Positions 11,300 through 25,100 of a stretch of DNA of 64,000 nt are shown here, piece by piece; within the stretch, counting starts at the first letter, position 1; each line of letters begins with the position of its first letter. The notes beneath the pieces are model-generated. The model had not been told where the DNA came from. It did not search any database and saw only the letters and a list, made by a program, of their open reading frames with translations. A program made the translations under genes and the position numbers. The DNA lies in assembly GCA_030141605.1 (NCBI GenBank), contig JAQGDQ010000473.1, positions 87,053 through 151,052 on the forward strand, given 5' to 3'. Source of the stretch: Tubiluchus corallicola (lineage: Eukaryota > Animalia > Priapulida).

Positions 11300-12800
11300 T
11301 GACAAATCACCGATTTTGTTCATATTCACAGGGTTGGATGATCCCCTCAGATGTACCCCACAGCCAAAATATTAGATATTAAAAATGAACCGTTTAGGAG
11401 ATAAGCCGCCATTTTTATTTTTTCGGATTTTGGCCATTTTGACGTAAAAAAATGACCTATATTTGTCACATCATTACAGGCAGTAAATGAATGATCCAGG
11501 ACTAGTTGCTGGGTGGTATATATAGTAGGGGTCTTGCCCTATTGCCACATTGAGTTTGATGAATTGAGATTCTCTTTCAATAGGTATCATGAGCTCATGA
11601 AAGATGCGTGTCTGCTACAGTCTGAATGACACCCTGTTTTAAAATTCTCATAACTCCACTCGGGTGGGTATTTGAAGTATAATTAATATATGTTTATTTA
11701 CAGCTTGACCAGGCATACTTAGATCATTAATAAAATTTTGGCCAGCCCGTCCATAAATTGGTGAGATTCGATCTTGAATGTGACCTAAATCGGAAAAAAA
11801 TAGTACGAATTATTCATAATTCTGAATAAAAAAAAGAAAATTGATCTGATATAGAAATGCCGTAGTACAAAGGATAACAAAGATAGATTCGTGTCGATTT
11901 ACAGCCCGCTCTGGCAAAAAAGTTAATTTCATTGTGACTTGGTACACGTTCATGCTTGGTATCCATTCATTTAATCCAAGATGGCTGCCACCGGAAGCTG
12001 TGGATTTTCGAAGTTTTCCAGCGTCATATGTGGCGTCCATACGGACTATATGAACGAAAAAAACTTTATTCCATTAAAGTAGTGTAAAAAAGATATCAGT
12101 GGTCATCTCAAGCAGGTTAAATTTTCGAATAATGACGTTCAAACGGAGTGGCAATTGATAACATTGAGACGCAGAATTTTTGACTTCCATGGGGATTATT
12201 TAGATGGCAAAGTGATTTGGCCAGCCCGTCGATATAATTTGGGACTTAGGTGGAGACCACCTAAAGGTTGTGGTCATTTTTTGCACAAGAAACCAGCGAG
12301 CTCGAAAATAAATACCAGGACAACACGAGTGAAAAGTGGGATGTTGGCTAAAATGAGCAAAGAAGTTAAAGTTGCTTGGAATGTTTTAATTCCCATTGGA
12401 ACAGGTAATTATTATTTTTTCAGTTATTTTACATAATTATATTTTCGGTTAGAGTTAGATATTATAGACAAGCAAGATATTTATAAACGGTGTATGCTCA
12501 TTTCGTATTACAGTGGTGTTAGTAAGTAGGAAGCAAATAGCTCTACAGTTCAACTTCTTAACTGCGGCCTCTGAATCCTGGTTTAAGGTTTATACTTTAT
12601 ATACTCTACGCCTTTTGCTTTCTTACACCATAGCTTTTTTTGTGTTAGGTGTATGCAGACAATGTTTACAAAGACACCAAAAACAAATAAAGTCCACTGC
12701 ACGAGAAATGCCGCAGGTAAAAAATAACTAATTTACAATCTACAACTTATATGATCTGTTGATTTTGGTAGGGAGAAGCTACATTTTGGAAATATATATA
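11300..12800 (+). mobile_element. Unclassified DNA-transposon-like 5' fragment with a Cys/His-rich N-terminus and an intron
   Basis: IWPARRYNLGLRWRPPKGCGHFLH...MSKEVK...IPIGT, spliced (GT near 12405, AG near 12649) to GVCRQC. Resembles N-termini of invertebrate transposases. Family not determined. Confidence 0.4.
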
Positions 12801-12859
12801 ATCTAGTGTTTTGATTATCCAATAGTGATCAAAGTCAGAAAATTGATAAATCATATCTG

Positions 12860-14407
12860 CTTGGATTCTTCAAAATCAGGAACAATCTAAAATTAGTTGA
12901 TGACAACGGTGTGGCTGATGATGAGAAACAGAGGGACAGATTGTGGAAGGTGCGACCGCTGCTGAACTCGGTTCGCCAGGGTTGTTTGGTGATGCACCGA
13001 AGCAACAATGTATCCATCGATGAACAGATGATTCCGTTTACGGGGCGATGCAGCATGAAACAATATGTTAGAGGAAAACCCAATCCAGTGGGGTTGAAAA
13101 ACTTTGTTGCTGCCAATCCTGATGGATTAATATTAGATTTCAGAATCTACACCGGTAACAACACGTTTGAGGATATCAACTCGCCATTGGGTTTGGCTGC
13201 CAAGGCTGTACTCTGTTTGTCAGAAACAATGGCAAGAGACACTGTGATATACTGTGACCGTTTCTTTACGAGTGTGCCTCTTGCTGCTGCACTGCTGAAC
13301 CACCATCTACATCTGACTGGTACAATCATGTGGAACAGAGTATCTGCAGTGAGTGGCAACCTGTCTCCTGATGTGCAACTGAAAAAACAACCCAGAGGCA
13401 CTTCAGCTGAAGTCGTGTCAGATAATTCAGAAACTGTTCTGATAAAGTGGTTTGATAACAAACCAATCTTGATGCTGTCTACAGCGGTAGGCAAGAATCC
13501 GGAAGGGACTTGTCGCAGGTGGTCGAAAGCTGCGCAAGCTCGTGTAACAATAAACTGTCCTGCTGCCGTCATCTCGTACAACCAAAACATGGGGGTGTCG
13601 ACATGCACGATCGACTTCTCAGCTATTATCGGTCCCAGACGCGAACAAAGAAGTGGACCATCAGGACAATTCTTCACTTCTTCGATGTTGCTGTTGTGAA
13701 CAGCTGGATTCAGTACAGAAATGACAGAGCTGCCCTAGGAGACAGGCGCAAAGACATCATGCAGCTGATGGACTTTAAAATGGATGTTGCAGAGGCCTGG
13801 ATAGCCACACCTCCTCATCAATCTGAGTCTAGCTCAGATGATGAGCCACAACCAGGGCCATCAGCCAAGCGTAAGTGCCAGCCGATGCTGTCGCAACACA
13901 AGCGCTACAGTAGTGCGATGCACTTACCGGAAATGACTGAAGTACCATCTGGCAGTCGCTGCCGCAGAGAGGGCTGCTCTGGCAGAACAAAAGTATGCTG
14001 TTGCACATGTGAAGTGTTTCTGTGTTTGACATCCAAAAATAACTGCTTCAAAGCATTCCATGGCCAGTAGTATTCAGTAGCCAGTAGTATTCAGTACTTC
14101 GCAGTATTCTAGACAGACAGACCTTAATTCAACTCAGAGACCTTACTTTTGCTTTAACTGGACCTTGATGTGATTAAAACAGTTGAACTTGATTAATTGT
14201 TGTCATTGTTTTATCTTGAAATAAAGTCATTTTTCCATGAAATATGTCGCGACTAAGACCCATTGTGAATTGTAATGCACATAGGAGGTCAAGGTCAAGG
14301 ATGATCATGAAAAAACTTGGTGTGTAAGTTCACTAGGATCTGTATGTTATAAAAAGTCTATAATATTAAGAAAAAAAACACATGAATTTATCTTGGGTCT
14401 CAGGAGG
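12860..14407 (+). mobile_element. piggyBac (PGBD) transposase 3' part with right end, frameshifted
   Basis: SIDEQMIPFTGR, KQYVRGKPNPVGLK, YCDRFFTS, YNQNMGGVD and a C-terminal cysteine-rich domain (RCRREGC...CCCTCEVFLC...CFKAFH). The right end reads gggtctcaggagg. Confidence 0.92.
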
Positions 14408-17272
14408 TTGGAGTTAACAATACTTGCTCAGAACACTGAGACGTTCAGTTCTATAACTGGCAAAAGTATTATAGATGTTATTATAACAAATAACTTTACA
14501 GCAGCAAAGGTTCTATCTCAAACAGTGGACAAAGATGCGGAATTTTTTACCGGGGCTCCCACAATGGGGCACCATCCCGTTATAACAGAGTTTAGGGTAA
14601 ATCGGAGCAGGCTAAACAACCGACGTACGAGATATGACTTCAAGCGAAGCAACTGGACGGACTGGTCGCATGTTTTGGAGGAGAAAATGAGAGCACTTTA
14701 TCCAACAGTCACAACAGAGCTACAAAACAGAAATGCCAATAACGTGTGGGCATTATTTTTAAATGCTATTCAGGAAGCCAACAATGAAGCCCTGGTGACG
14801 AAAACTATTTCAGCACACAGTAAACCCTTCTGGACACCTCAGCTGCCAGTGCTTTCCAGCGAATTACGAGAACTGAAAAGAGCCTACAAATAGCATTCTA
14901 ATTACATAAACCTAAATGCCTACCAGAGTAAAAAAGAACAATTTCAAAACAAACTGTCAGACGAACTAAATAACTGGGTTATTCAAAATACTGCAGATTT
15001 AAATGTACAGAGAGGAAATGACTTTTGGAAAACTCATCAAAAATTGTTTGGAGATAGCAGTGAAAATGGTGTAGATATTTTAAAGGTAAATGATGTTTAT
15101 TATACAAACGAAAACAATAAAAGTAGGATATTGTATGAAACATTTTTCAATGGTAGTCATTTAGACAATAATGCTTTTGATCATGCTTGGTTTGAACATG
15201 TAGAAAATGAAGTAGCTGAAGGAATTAATTTAAATCAAGAAACTAATCATTGGTTTAACGAAAATTTTACAATGGCTGAAATCACCGTTGCGATAAAAAA
15301 CATGAAGGTTTCCAATAAAAGCGTATTGACTGTGATGGATGCCACCCACTCATTGGGGAAGAGTTTATTATTAAATCTAGCTAATGTGTGTTTAAGAACA
15401 GGTAAATGGCCATGGAACAGTGCAAAAGTAATATACTTCCGTAAAGATGGAAGAAACGATTACAGTGACCCATCAAACTATAGCCCAATTACGATTGCGT
15501 CCTATTATGGCAAAATAGTAGAAAAACTCATAGAGATCAGATTGAGAACCTGGTTAAATGACAATAACATTATAGATCAAGAGGAGGAAGGATTTCAACC
15601 CTTGCGTAGCACAAATCGCTATCTGCTTAGACTAGTTTCCGCTATTGAAAGAAACGGGCTTCAAAACTGTGTTGGAATTGCAGTCTTCTGTGACTTCACA
15701 AAGGCCTTCGATAGCATTTGGGTTGATGGTTTAATATTTAAGTTAGCCCAAGCAGGGGTAGCAGGCAGGCTTTTGAAATTGATTTTTTCATTTCTGAAAA
15801 ACAGGCGTATTAAAATACGATTGACCAAAACAGTAATATTTTGAAGTTTAAATTTGCTGATGAAGGCACAATTTATGTGTACGCAAATACAAATAATGAA
15901 TGCTACGAATTGGCTAAGTTGTCATGTGATAAACTTCATACCTGGTGTTCTAAATGGAGGCAGATGTTGAACTGTAATTTAAACAAAACAGAAGCTATTG
16001 TTTTTGAAAATGATCAAAACCCCAGCTTGCCAAAATTACGTTTTGGTAACAAAGAGATTAATTATGTTAACAACACGAAAGTGCTTGGAATTACTGTCGA
16101 TAAACAAATAAGTTTTGATAAACATGTTGCTAAAATTAGACAAAAAGCTTGGAAAAAGTGGCACAACATTAAACAGTTATCTTTTAAGTATAAAGGTATG
16201 AAAATGTCCACCATTTTAAAGCTGTTTGAAACAATTGTTGTACCTACCGTCTTCCATGGGTCAGTTGCCTGGACGGTCAAAAAGCATAGTTATTTTGAAG
16301 ACCTGTGGTATGAAGTTGTCAAAACAGCAGCGGGTGTAGGTTACAATCCTAGCAAAAATGAAATCCAGCGTATTTGTGGCGTGCCTCCCATTGATATAAC
16401 GTATGATAATATATGTAGTAAATTTATGTTAAAAGTGTTAGCCAATCCAGATAATGATCTACTTAAGAAGGAAATAGCTATATGTGAAACCATGCCAAAT
16501 AATGCTAGATATTGTGTGCATCCCGTAAAAATTCACCTGGCAACTACCAAATCTTTCTTGAAGATTACAAAGGACACTAATATGAGAAATCAAACATTGT
16601 CAAATCTCCCGAGGGAAAACTTTATTTATCGGAAAAAGGATGGCTCGAAATTTTTAACAACCCAATGGGAAAGAAGATTTTATTATTGTGCCCAAATAGC
16701 AAATTTACCACTAGATAGTCCTACACCTATGTTAACGCCGCTGTGTCTACCACTAACGCATTACGAAAGGCTTATTGAAACAACTGCATTAAACTTACTT
16801 TTAAATAGAGGAACTAAATCATTTCGGTATAGAATAGGCGAACAAAATACGGATTGCTGTCATTGTAATAATGCAACTCCTCAAACACCAGAACACACTA
16901 TATTTGACTGTGATTTGGTAGACCATCAATTTCGAATGAATATAAGACAAGTTCTGCCCTCAGCCAACATAAGTGAGATTTATCTAAATAGAGATAAAGA
17001 TGTGTGCCAGGCATATGTAAATATTGTTAGAGATGTTGTGCGAAAAAATTGCTATAAAGTAACTCAAATTATATTCACAGAAAAACAGGTATTGAGTTAA
17101 TCGTTATATTGTATATAATATAGTGTAAACTATGTATGTACTTTAAATTTATTGTAAATAGGCATCATGTATAATCTTGTTATTGTAAATTTATATTTTG
17201 TAAACGAACCCCTGCAAATAGAGGGGAAACAATGTATTCATTGTTTAATAAAAGAATTATAATAATAATAAT
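14408..17272 (+). mobile_element. 5'-truncated LINE ORF2 (end of APE endonuclease, RT, C-terminal CCHC), probably I-group
   Basis: SIIDVII...HHPVI, NYSPITIAS, GFQPLRST, DFTKAFDSIW, KFADE and CHC...TPEHTIFDC. The GVPQG segment is deleted near 15840. The 3' UTR ends in AATAAA and (AAT)n. Confidence 0.88.
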
Positions 17273-17618
17273 TTACTGCAAGAGATAGGAACATCTGCGA
17301 CTTGTTTGGAAAAGTTGTACGAAATATTGTAAATATAGAGATTTTGTCAAATTATTAAGTGGATTAAAAGTTTTTTGATATTACCAACGTAAAATACTTA
17401 ATTTGGTTTTGTGTGTTCTTTCACAACTGTCTAATTGTCAGCTCACATGTAAGAAATATCATATTTCGTATATTTGTATATTAACTAGAACTGCTTTGAC
17501 ACTCATGTATTATTACGTTAACTTGCTCTGAAAATTATGTGCATTTACTGTAAAATGTTATGTACTGCCTGCAAAATGAGGTACTTTTTTAAATAAAGAG
17601 TTATAATAATAATAATAA
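17273..17618 (+). mobile_element. Probable 3' UTR/tail of a second LINE
   Basis: Ends in aataaa followed by (AAT)n, like the preceding element. No clear ORF. Confidence 0.35.
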
Positions 17619-17621
17619 TCT

Positions 17622-17654
<33 letters not shown>

Positions 17655-17959
17655 TGCCACATGCCTTTTTAGAGAATTTTGTGCGTTATTTGGCCATGAA
17701 TGTTTTCTAGCTTGTGTATCATCTATTTTAGACAATAGAGGACACTACCGCTTTTTGTTTTCAAAGCTGGATTCCTTAATTGCACGTGGCGTGTGTAAGT
17801 ATTCTTGCTACTGGCGTAGATGTCAATTAATTTGCATATTCGACTAAAATTTGTGGTAATTCCCCCTCGCCAATTTTTTTTTACATACACAAATTTTATT
17901 CTCTATCCAGTGATGCAGTGATGCTAATTGCAACTCTATAATAGAATTTATTAAACTTT

Positions 17960-19324
17960 TCATTTTTCCAGACTACCGAAAAACCCTTGTTGCTCCTTTT
18001 GATGAAAATGTCAAAACGTTATTTCGAGTCCGGTGCATCAAAACGCAAACGAAAAGCGTTAAATTCAAAACAAAGAGGTGCTATATTAAATTCCGTTACT
18101 CGTCAGCCGCCTCCACATTCGGCAGCATTAACTTCGGATACTCAAGATTCAGAACGAAGAAGATACACAATCTTCTTCTCAATCGCTAACAAGTGGTCAA
18201 AGTAGTCAGATGGTTTTAGAAGAAGTGGTCAATGAATCGGCTAATTTGCAGGAAGAAGTCATGGACACGGTCATGGAAGATGGCGATGCAGGTTCATGCG
18301 ATGCAGATGAGACCCAGCATATTGACTTCGATTGGAAAGATCCAGGCTTATGGCCACTTTCAATTAGCAATAAAGAACGTTTTTACTTGGTCGAAAAAGG
18401 ACCGTTTCGTGAATCTGGAAGTGGAATAAAGTATCCGCAAGATAAGAGTTCTGCGAAGCGGCATTTCTCTGTGGGATTTTTTTGAGGAAGTTACGAAATG
18501 GTGAATGCTCAGATCGTCGTTGAATCAGTTGAAGGAAGGAAAGACAATTGACAAGGAGACACAAAAACTTATGCAAAAAGAGACTCAGCACTGGAACAAT
18601 GTTTTACAAAGAATAATTTGAATTGTGCAGTTTCTTGCAGAACGGAATTTACCACTTCGTGGCACTGTGGATCGATTGTTGCACAACATCAAAAAATTGC
18701 AGAATTCGACCAAAACGATTTGATGAAATGTTGCATGGATTTGAATATTGCGCTCACTGATGCATCTGGTTCAGATATTGATCTGAAGGATTTATGCAGT
18801 GAATTGCAAATATTTTCCAATATTGTTCCAGATACTGTTTTGTCTTCTCTTGATGCTTTACGTTTTATTTATGATCATGGTTTGAACACCGTTGTTCCAA
18901 ATGTCGCCATAGCCCTTTGTATAGCATTGACAATTCCGGTTACTGTTGCATCGGGGGAAAGAAGTTTTTCCAAGTTGAAATTAATAAAAAACTATTTGAG
19001 AACTACTATGACGATGAACGCTTAAACAGTCTGGCAATGATATCTATCGAACAAGATATCGTCCAGTCTCTGGATTATTCACAATTTATTGCAGACTTTG
19101 CTGCCATCAAAGCACGAAAAGCTGATTTTTGTTGAATGTTTAGGACATCTGCACGAATGTGTTTGTATAAATTTCAGTTATTTGTTGATTTAGATATAAA
19201 TACAGGTAGTTTTTAATAAATTGCATAATTTTATTTTTTTCGTATTTATTTTTTATTTTTCTATTTCATTTGGGGCCACCAAATTCACTTCGTCTAGGGC
19301 CTCCAATTACCTATGGCCAGCCCT
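17960..19324 (+). mobile_element. Internally deleted hAT transposon (ZMYM1 type) with right terminus
   Basis: SGASKRKRK N-terminus, DPGLWP, and the dimerisation domain TIPVTVASGERSFSKLKLIKNYLRTTM...ERLNSLAMISIE. Ends ...gggcctccaattacctatggccagccctg. Confidence 0.88.
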
Positions 19325-19388
19325 GAGATACGTCCATGAAACTAGGAATGTTGGAAGCGGTGATAACCAGACACCCGTAGAACAAAGA

Positions 19389-19846
19389 GTACCTCCACTT
19401 TGTTGGCAATATGAAGAGACAGGAACATGTACATGGGGATTAAGATGTAAATTCCGTCATGAATATACTGATTTTGAGAACAAGTTGTATACAGGTCTAA
19501 AAGTCAAACGCAGTTTCACAACGATTGGAGTAGCACTGCCACTGGTTTTATTGATGCTTTTGATTCAAATTGGGAATCTGAAAACCACCTAAACGGCTAA
19601 CTAGTCTGCGTACCTCCACTTATGGAGTACCTTCACTTTGTTGGCAATATGAAGAGACAGGAACATGTACATGGGGATTAAGATGTAAATTCCGTCATGA
19701 ATATACTGATTTTGAGAACAAGTTGTACACAGGTCTAAAAGTCAAACGCAGTTTCACAACGATTGGAGTAGCACTGCCACTGGTTTTATTGATGCTTTTG
19801 ATTCAAATTGGGAATCTGAAAACCACCTAAACGGCTAACTAGTCTG
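19389..19846 (+). repeat. Two-copy tandem duplication (~220 bp) encoding a CCCH zinc finger
   Basis: 19389-19608 matches 19627-19846. Translation LCWQYEETGTCTWGLRCKFRH fits C-x8-C-x5-C-x3-H. Confidence 0.85.
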
Positions 19847-22108
19847 TTAGTGTAATCAACAGAAAATCACTTAAACCACACATTCGCTTATAATTTTATT
19901 ATTGTTAAAATAGTACTAAATAACACTATTACTAGTATTAGTATTACTACTAATGCCACTGTGAGTAAATATTATTTATTAACACCTACTTTCATAAAAA
20001 TTAAGGGTAATTTCAGTAAAAATAAGAAGCGCCAAACTTACCTGTATTTCTCAAAACGATTGGCATCATCCTTGAACAATTGTAACAAATTGATTTTGCT
20101 ACAGTTTTGTCTATAATAATCATGCAACTTTTGAAATGTGGCCTCCTGCAACAAGGGCACTTGCTTCGGTATCGGAGCCATCTTCATAAAGAGTGCGCTT
20201 TTACTGAGATCACGCAGTTGAGGCGCACTACTTCACAGGTTTACCGACCATGTGCGCCAAATAACTTGCACTGATAACGTGCTATGCTATCTATGTTCTA
20301 AACTGTTCGTTGACTGGGCAATCTGATGCACTTTTCCATCGCCAGACACATGCAAGATGCAAAACAATTAAAGAGAAATGGTGATTAAATAATAACAATA
20401 ATATTAATAGATGGAAAAAACTTTGTGGTTGTTTTTTGTCAACAGCAAACATGAACTTCTCGTGATATGTCTATAGGCACAGAATATGTTGGCTGTAAGA
20501 TAAGCAACACTGAATCTGGTTAGTATGATACATTAGCACTGTGAAAACTGATTTTGATTAGCATCATCTGCCATGCTGCCTCGGCTATTTCTTTCTTTGG
20601 CAGAAAATATAATACTAATCTGTATATGATTAATATAAAACGGTCAGTTTGGAATGTTAAATAAATATCCTGCAAAACTATTAGGTTGTTGTCTTGACAC
20701 GATCATTTTCATTAAGTAAGCTGTGTGCTTGACTCAGCTCGCAGGGTCCGAAATTGCATTAAAAATATAACATTAATAGAAATTACCTGGTTCAACGTTG
20801 GAATATATTACCCCAGCTTTTTCACATTTCCCATCTTTCAAGTTTGATGTCAATATTTAATTGGGAGCTTGCACCATCGATATATTCATTTATTCGTTTT
20901 CAAAAATCCTGAGAGAACATTTAATTTTCACAAAGAATGTAACAATAGAAATACGCATACTGCGACAGTTGGACATTTCAAAATACTTTTAGAAATAGCA
21001 CCATCCTCTTTGGAAAAGTAATTTGCTACCGAAGACATTTTTAAACTTGCGGCTTTTTATTCTGGTAAAGTAAGTTTTGAATTTTTCTTATTACTGTATT
21101 ATTTTTTTGTTTTGGATTTTATCAAGTTTATGGAAAAACTTTCGCATGTCTGTTTGTTTAAAATTACAATTACAATATTAACACTACCCACGTTTATTTT
21201 AATTTACACGGTATTACAACAATGGCTAAACATTTTCTGAAACAGCACCCCCATTAATTTTAGCTACGCCACTGGATGCAAGTACATCAGTACTACTACT
21301 TAATCTATCTGTGCCTCACATACTGCGCTACCACAATAAAAGGAAAAGATACAAGATGTTTAATATAAAAGTCAAAAATATATTTCTTTGTATTCAAAAA
21401 AGTATATTTATTTGTATTCAAAATTTTACAAAGGAACATCATTCCATGAAGATGTTTTTATTTATATATATAAGTAAAGCAGATGATAGTAAAAATGTAA
21501 CTGTAGCAGCTCTACAAATTATAACAGCAGCAAACCAGCAATTGCAAGTTTAAAAACATAATTGCCAGAGTTTCCTTTAGTATCAATAAATACATATAAA
21601 ACTTATATATTACAATCATCGTGCCCATAAAAAGAAACATTAATAAAGTGATAAATCTTCTCCAACTAGCTGAAAATTGACAAATTGAGCAATGCTGTTA
21701 ATTACCGTTTTGTTGTCGTTTTGACAAGTTGCAAATGCAGGATTATAAAAGGAATTTACTGTGATTCATCTACAGTTCAGCTGATTTCAAGCTAAGCAAG
21801 ACATCACCTGGCTAGAAGGAAAAATTCATCATTTTAGTTTCCCAGTTGATTATGACTAAAACTCAGCAGTTATAAAACATGTATAACAAGCACTTAAGAT
21901 AGAACGACACGCACGGAAGGTCATACTCGTTACTAAATAATGTTTAATAATTCTAACTATATGCATCAGGCACCCTAGCTTGTAAAATGCACACTGACTA
22001 GAACAAGGTTTCATCATAAAAAAACCATCGGAGGAAAATGTGCTGAGAATTTAACACTGCTTAATTGTGAAAATTCAAAAGTTCTTAAGTTTCGCGCGAT
22101 ATTTAGCA

Positions 22109-25100
22109 CTAATCAGAATCGCTTTCATCTCTTATCGTAGCAGCTCGTATAGAAGAATCCATGACATCACGAATCTTTGGCCGCGGATCAGTCTTTATTG
22201 TTGACTGCCAAGCACCTGCCTCTGACAGCTTCCACTCGAGCACTGCAAATGGACAAAGCGAACACGCTCATAATTAATCAAATTAAAGGTTTCACCAGTT
22301 CAAAAAGAATTTTAGCAAATAGAAACATCAACTCCCTGGAAAGTGCTAGTAATAATATTTTGTAGGAAATGTAGTGACATCTATAAAAATAAGCATTATA
22401 AACTGATATCTGCTTAAGAAATGAACTGCTCCAATGAAAATTTTGGCTATACTGCACGAATTTGACATAAGACATAGCACAGATGTATAGTGGACCAGTT
22501 TCAGAAAGGTTAGTATTTTGAGTTAACGGGTAGACTTCCTCTGCATGCATTACTCATCATGCAAGCTTTCATTTTTCCTGATCAGCTTTTTACACAACAA
22601 TGTATACAAATTGATGCAAAATTCACCTGGACAGAAAATCAATAGGTAATAGAATGATAAGTAATAGACAACAGTGACAACTGAACCGTCACGACGTTTA
22701 ATTCCATCTCCTCGTGGTGGTGACTATACCACATTGAGGAAATGTTCTCTCTACATTTTTACACCTAATTGCTGCAAACAAGCTGCTTGGCACACAAGGT
22801 CTAAGGGTTAATTCTTGTCATAACACAACACAAGCAGTTTATAAATTCCCCATCAAAACTGACAGAACATTCACAAAAATTTATTATGTTAGTTAATTAT
22901 GCAGATACCTAAAGTCAATTAGAATCATTTTACTAACAAAATATGAAGTAAGTAGAGCTATCTAAAAACTAACTAAACAGTATTGGATGCACTCCTATAT
23001 CAGCAATGTCAATAGTCTCTGATGCACAACATTGCACTTACACTAATATTAAGTCAAACTTCAAAATATACAAAAAGCACAAGCTAAACACGCATTTTGT
23101 GACAAGCGTTAACATTAAATTTCGGGCAAAAATTGCAAAAAAACTTGTAAAAAAGTTATCTGAAACTGTTATATCTAACTTGTTTATATAAGACGAGAAT
23201 AAGTGCTAAAGGTAAGCAGTGTCATGCCTGGATACCAATTGGATGAGTAATTGCGAAGACTTTTCAGGATGCCAAACTCTATAGACAGAAACAACAACCA
23301 ACCACTCTTGCACATTCATAAAGTGACAGTTTGAAAAAAATCATCTATATGCAATATAATTTAGTCCATAGTATAGTTAACAAAGTTTCTGTTATAATGT
23401 AATTGTAAATGAATTCAGGTAACTCACCATCTATTGTCAAATTCATGCCACCAAACTCATGTGGTCCAATAATTTGCTTCTTTAGTTCCCCTTCATAATA
23501 TACAAATATGCTGGGTAGATTTTTATCTGGGTAGTTTGGTATACACGTTGATGAAACACTTTTCAGCACCTTCGTCACGGGAAACCTGATAGCCAGTTGT
23601 TCTAGATACTGATTGATCAAAGCACACAATGGAATACTACAAAAAAGTGAAAGCAACATAATATTCAGCATGTCCACATTTGACGAATAAATTAGAAATT
23701 TCACTGCAGAAGACTGATGCTGCAGAACTAGGTGGATTTTTGCGCATTACGGCTAGTGGTGGTTAGTTAAAATATCACTTTTGTTTTCATCCTGCAGGTA
23801 AGCAGATTTGATGTTCAATTTGACCACCTTATTATCATCACTTTTTTTCCATTATAAAATTATTCGAATAGTTTCCACACTTTATCAACACCAAGAACAG
23901 ACGTTGGCAAGTCTCTTACAAGTCTCAAGTTAAGTCCCAGGTCTTTGGCATAAGTCTCAAGTTAAGTCCCAGGTCTTTGGCATAAGTCTCAAGTTAAGTC
24001 CCAGGTCTTTGGCATAAGTCTCAAGTTAAGTCCCAGGTCTTTGGCATAAGTCTCAAGTTAAGTCCCAGGTCTTTGGCATAAGTGTCAAGTTAAGTCCCAG
24101 GTCTTTGGCATAAGTCTCAAGTTAAGTCCCAGGTCTTTGGCATAAGTCTCAAGTTAAGTCCCAGGTCTTTGGCATAAGTCTCAAGTTAAGTCCCACGTCT
24201 TTGGCATAAGTCTCAAGTTAAGTCCCATGTCTTTGGCATAAGTCTCAAGTTAAGTCCCAGGTCTTTGGCATAAGTGCCAAGTTAAGTCCTAGGTCTTTGG
24301 CATAAGTGTCAAGTTAAGTCCCAGGTCTTTGGCATAAGTCTCAAGTTAAGTCCCAGGTCTTTTGCATAAGTCTCAAGTTAGGTCCTAGGTCTTTGGCATA
24401 AGTCTCAAGTTAAGTCCCAGGTCTTTGGCATAAGTCTCAAGTTAAGTCCTAGGTCTTTGGCATAAGTCTCAAGTCAAGTACTAGGTCTTTGGCATAAGTC
24501 TGAAGTGAAGTCCCAGGTCTTTTGCATAAGTCTCAAGTTAAGTCCCAGGTCTTTGGCATAAGTCTCAAGTTAAGTCCCAGGTCTTTGGCATAAGTCTCAA
24601 GTCAAGTACTAGGTCTTTGGCATAAGTCTCAAGTTAAGTCCTAGGTCTTTGGCATAAGTCTCAAGTTAAGTCCTAGGTCTTTGGCATAAGTCTCAACTTA
24701 AGTCCCAGGTCTTTGGCATAAGTCTCAAGTTAAGTCCTAGGTCTTTGGCATAAGTCTCAAGTTAAGTCCTAGGTCGTTGGCATAAGTCTCAAGTTAAGTA
24801 CTAGGTCTTTGGCATAAGTCTCAAGTTAAGTCCTAGGTCTTTGGTATAAGTCTCAAGTTAAGTCCCAGGTCCTTGGCATAAGTCTCAAGTTAAGTCCCAG
24901 GTCGTTGGCATAAGTCTCAAGTTAAGTCCTAGGTCTTTGGCATAAGTCTCAAGTTAAGTCCTAGGTCGTTGGCATAAGTCTCAAGTTAAGTCCTAGTCCT
25001 TGGCATAAGTCTCAAATCAAGTACTAGGTCTTTGGTATAAGTCTCAACTTAAGTCCCAGGTCCTTGGCATAAGTCTCAAGTTAAGTCCTAGGTCGTTGGC

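Noticed and set aside
23188-23279. Alternative last exon of PDCL3 after a ctatag acceptor
   Set aside because: It has no similarity to the PDCL3 C-terminus. The conserved [11 protein letters not shown] exon is at 22109-22242.
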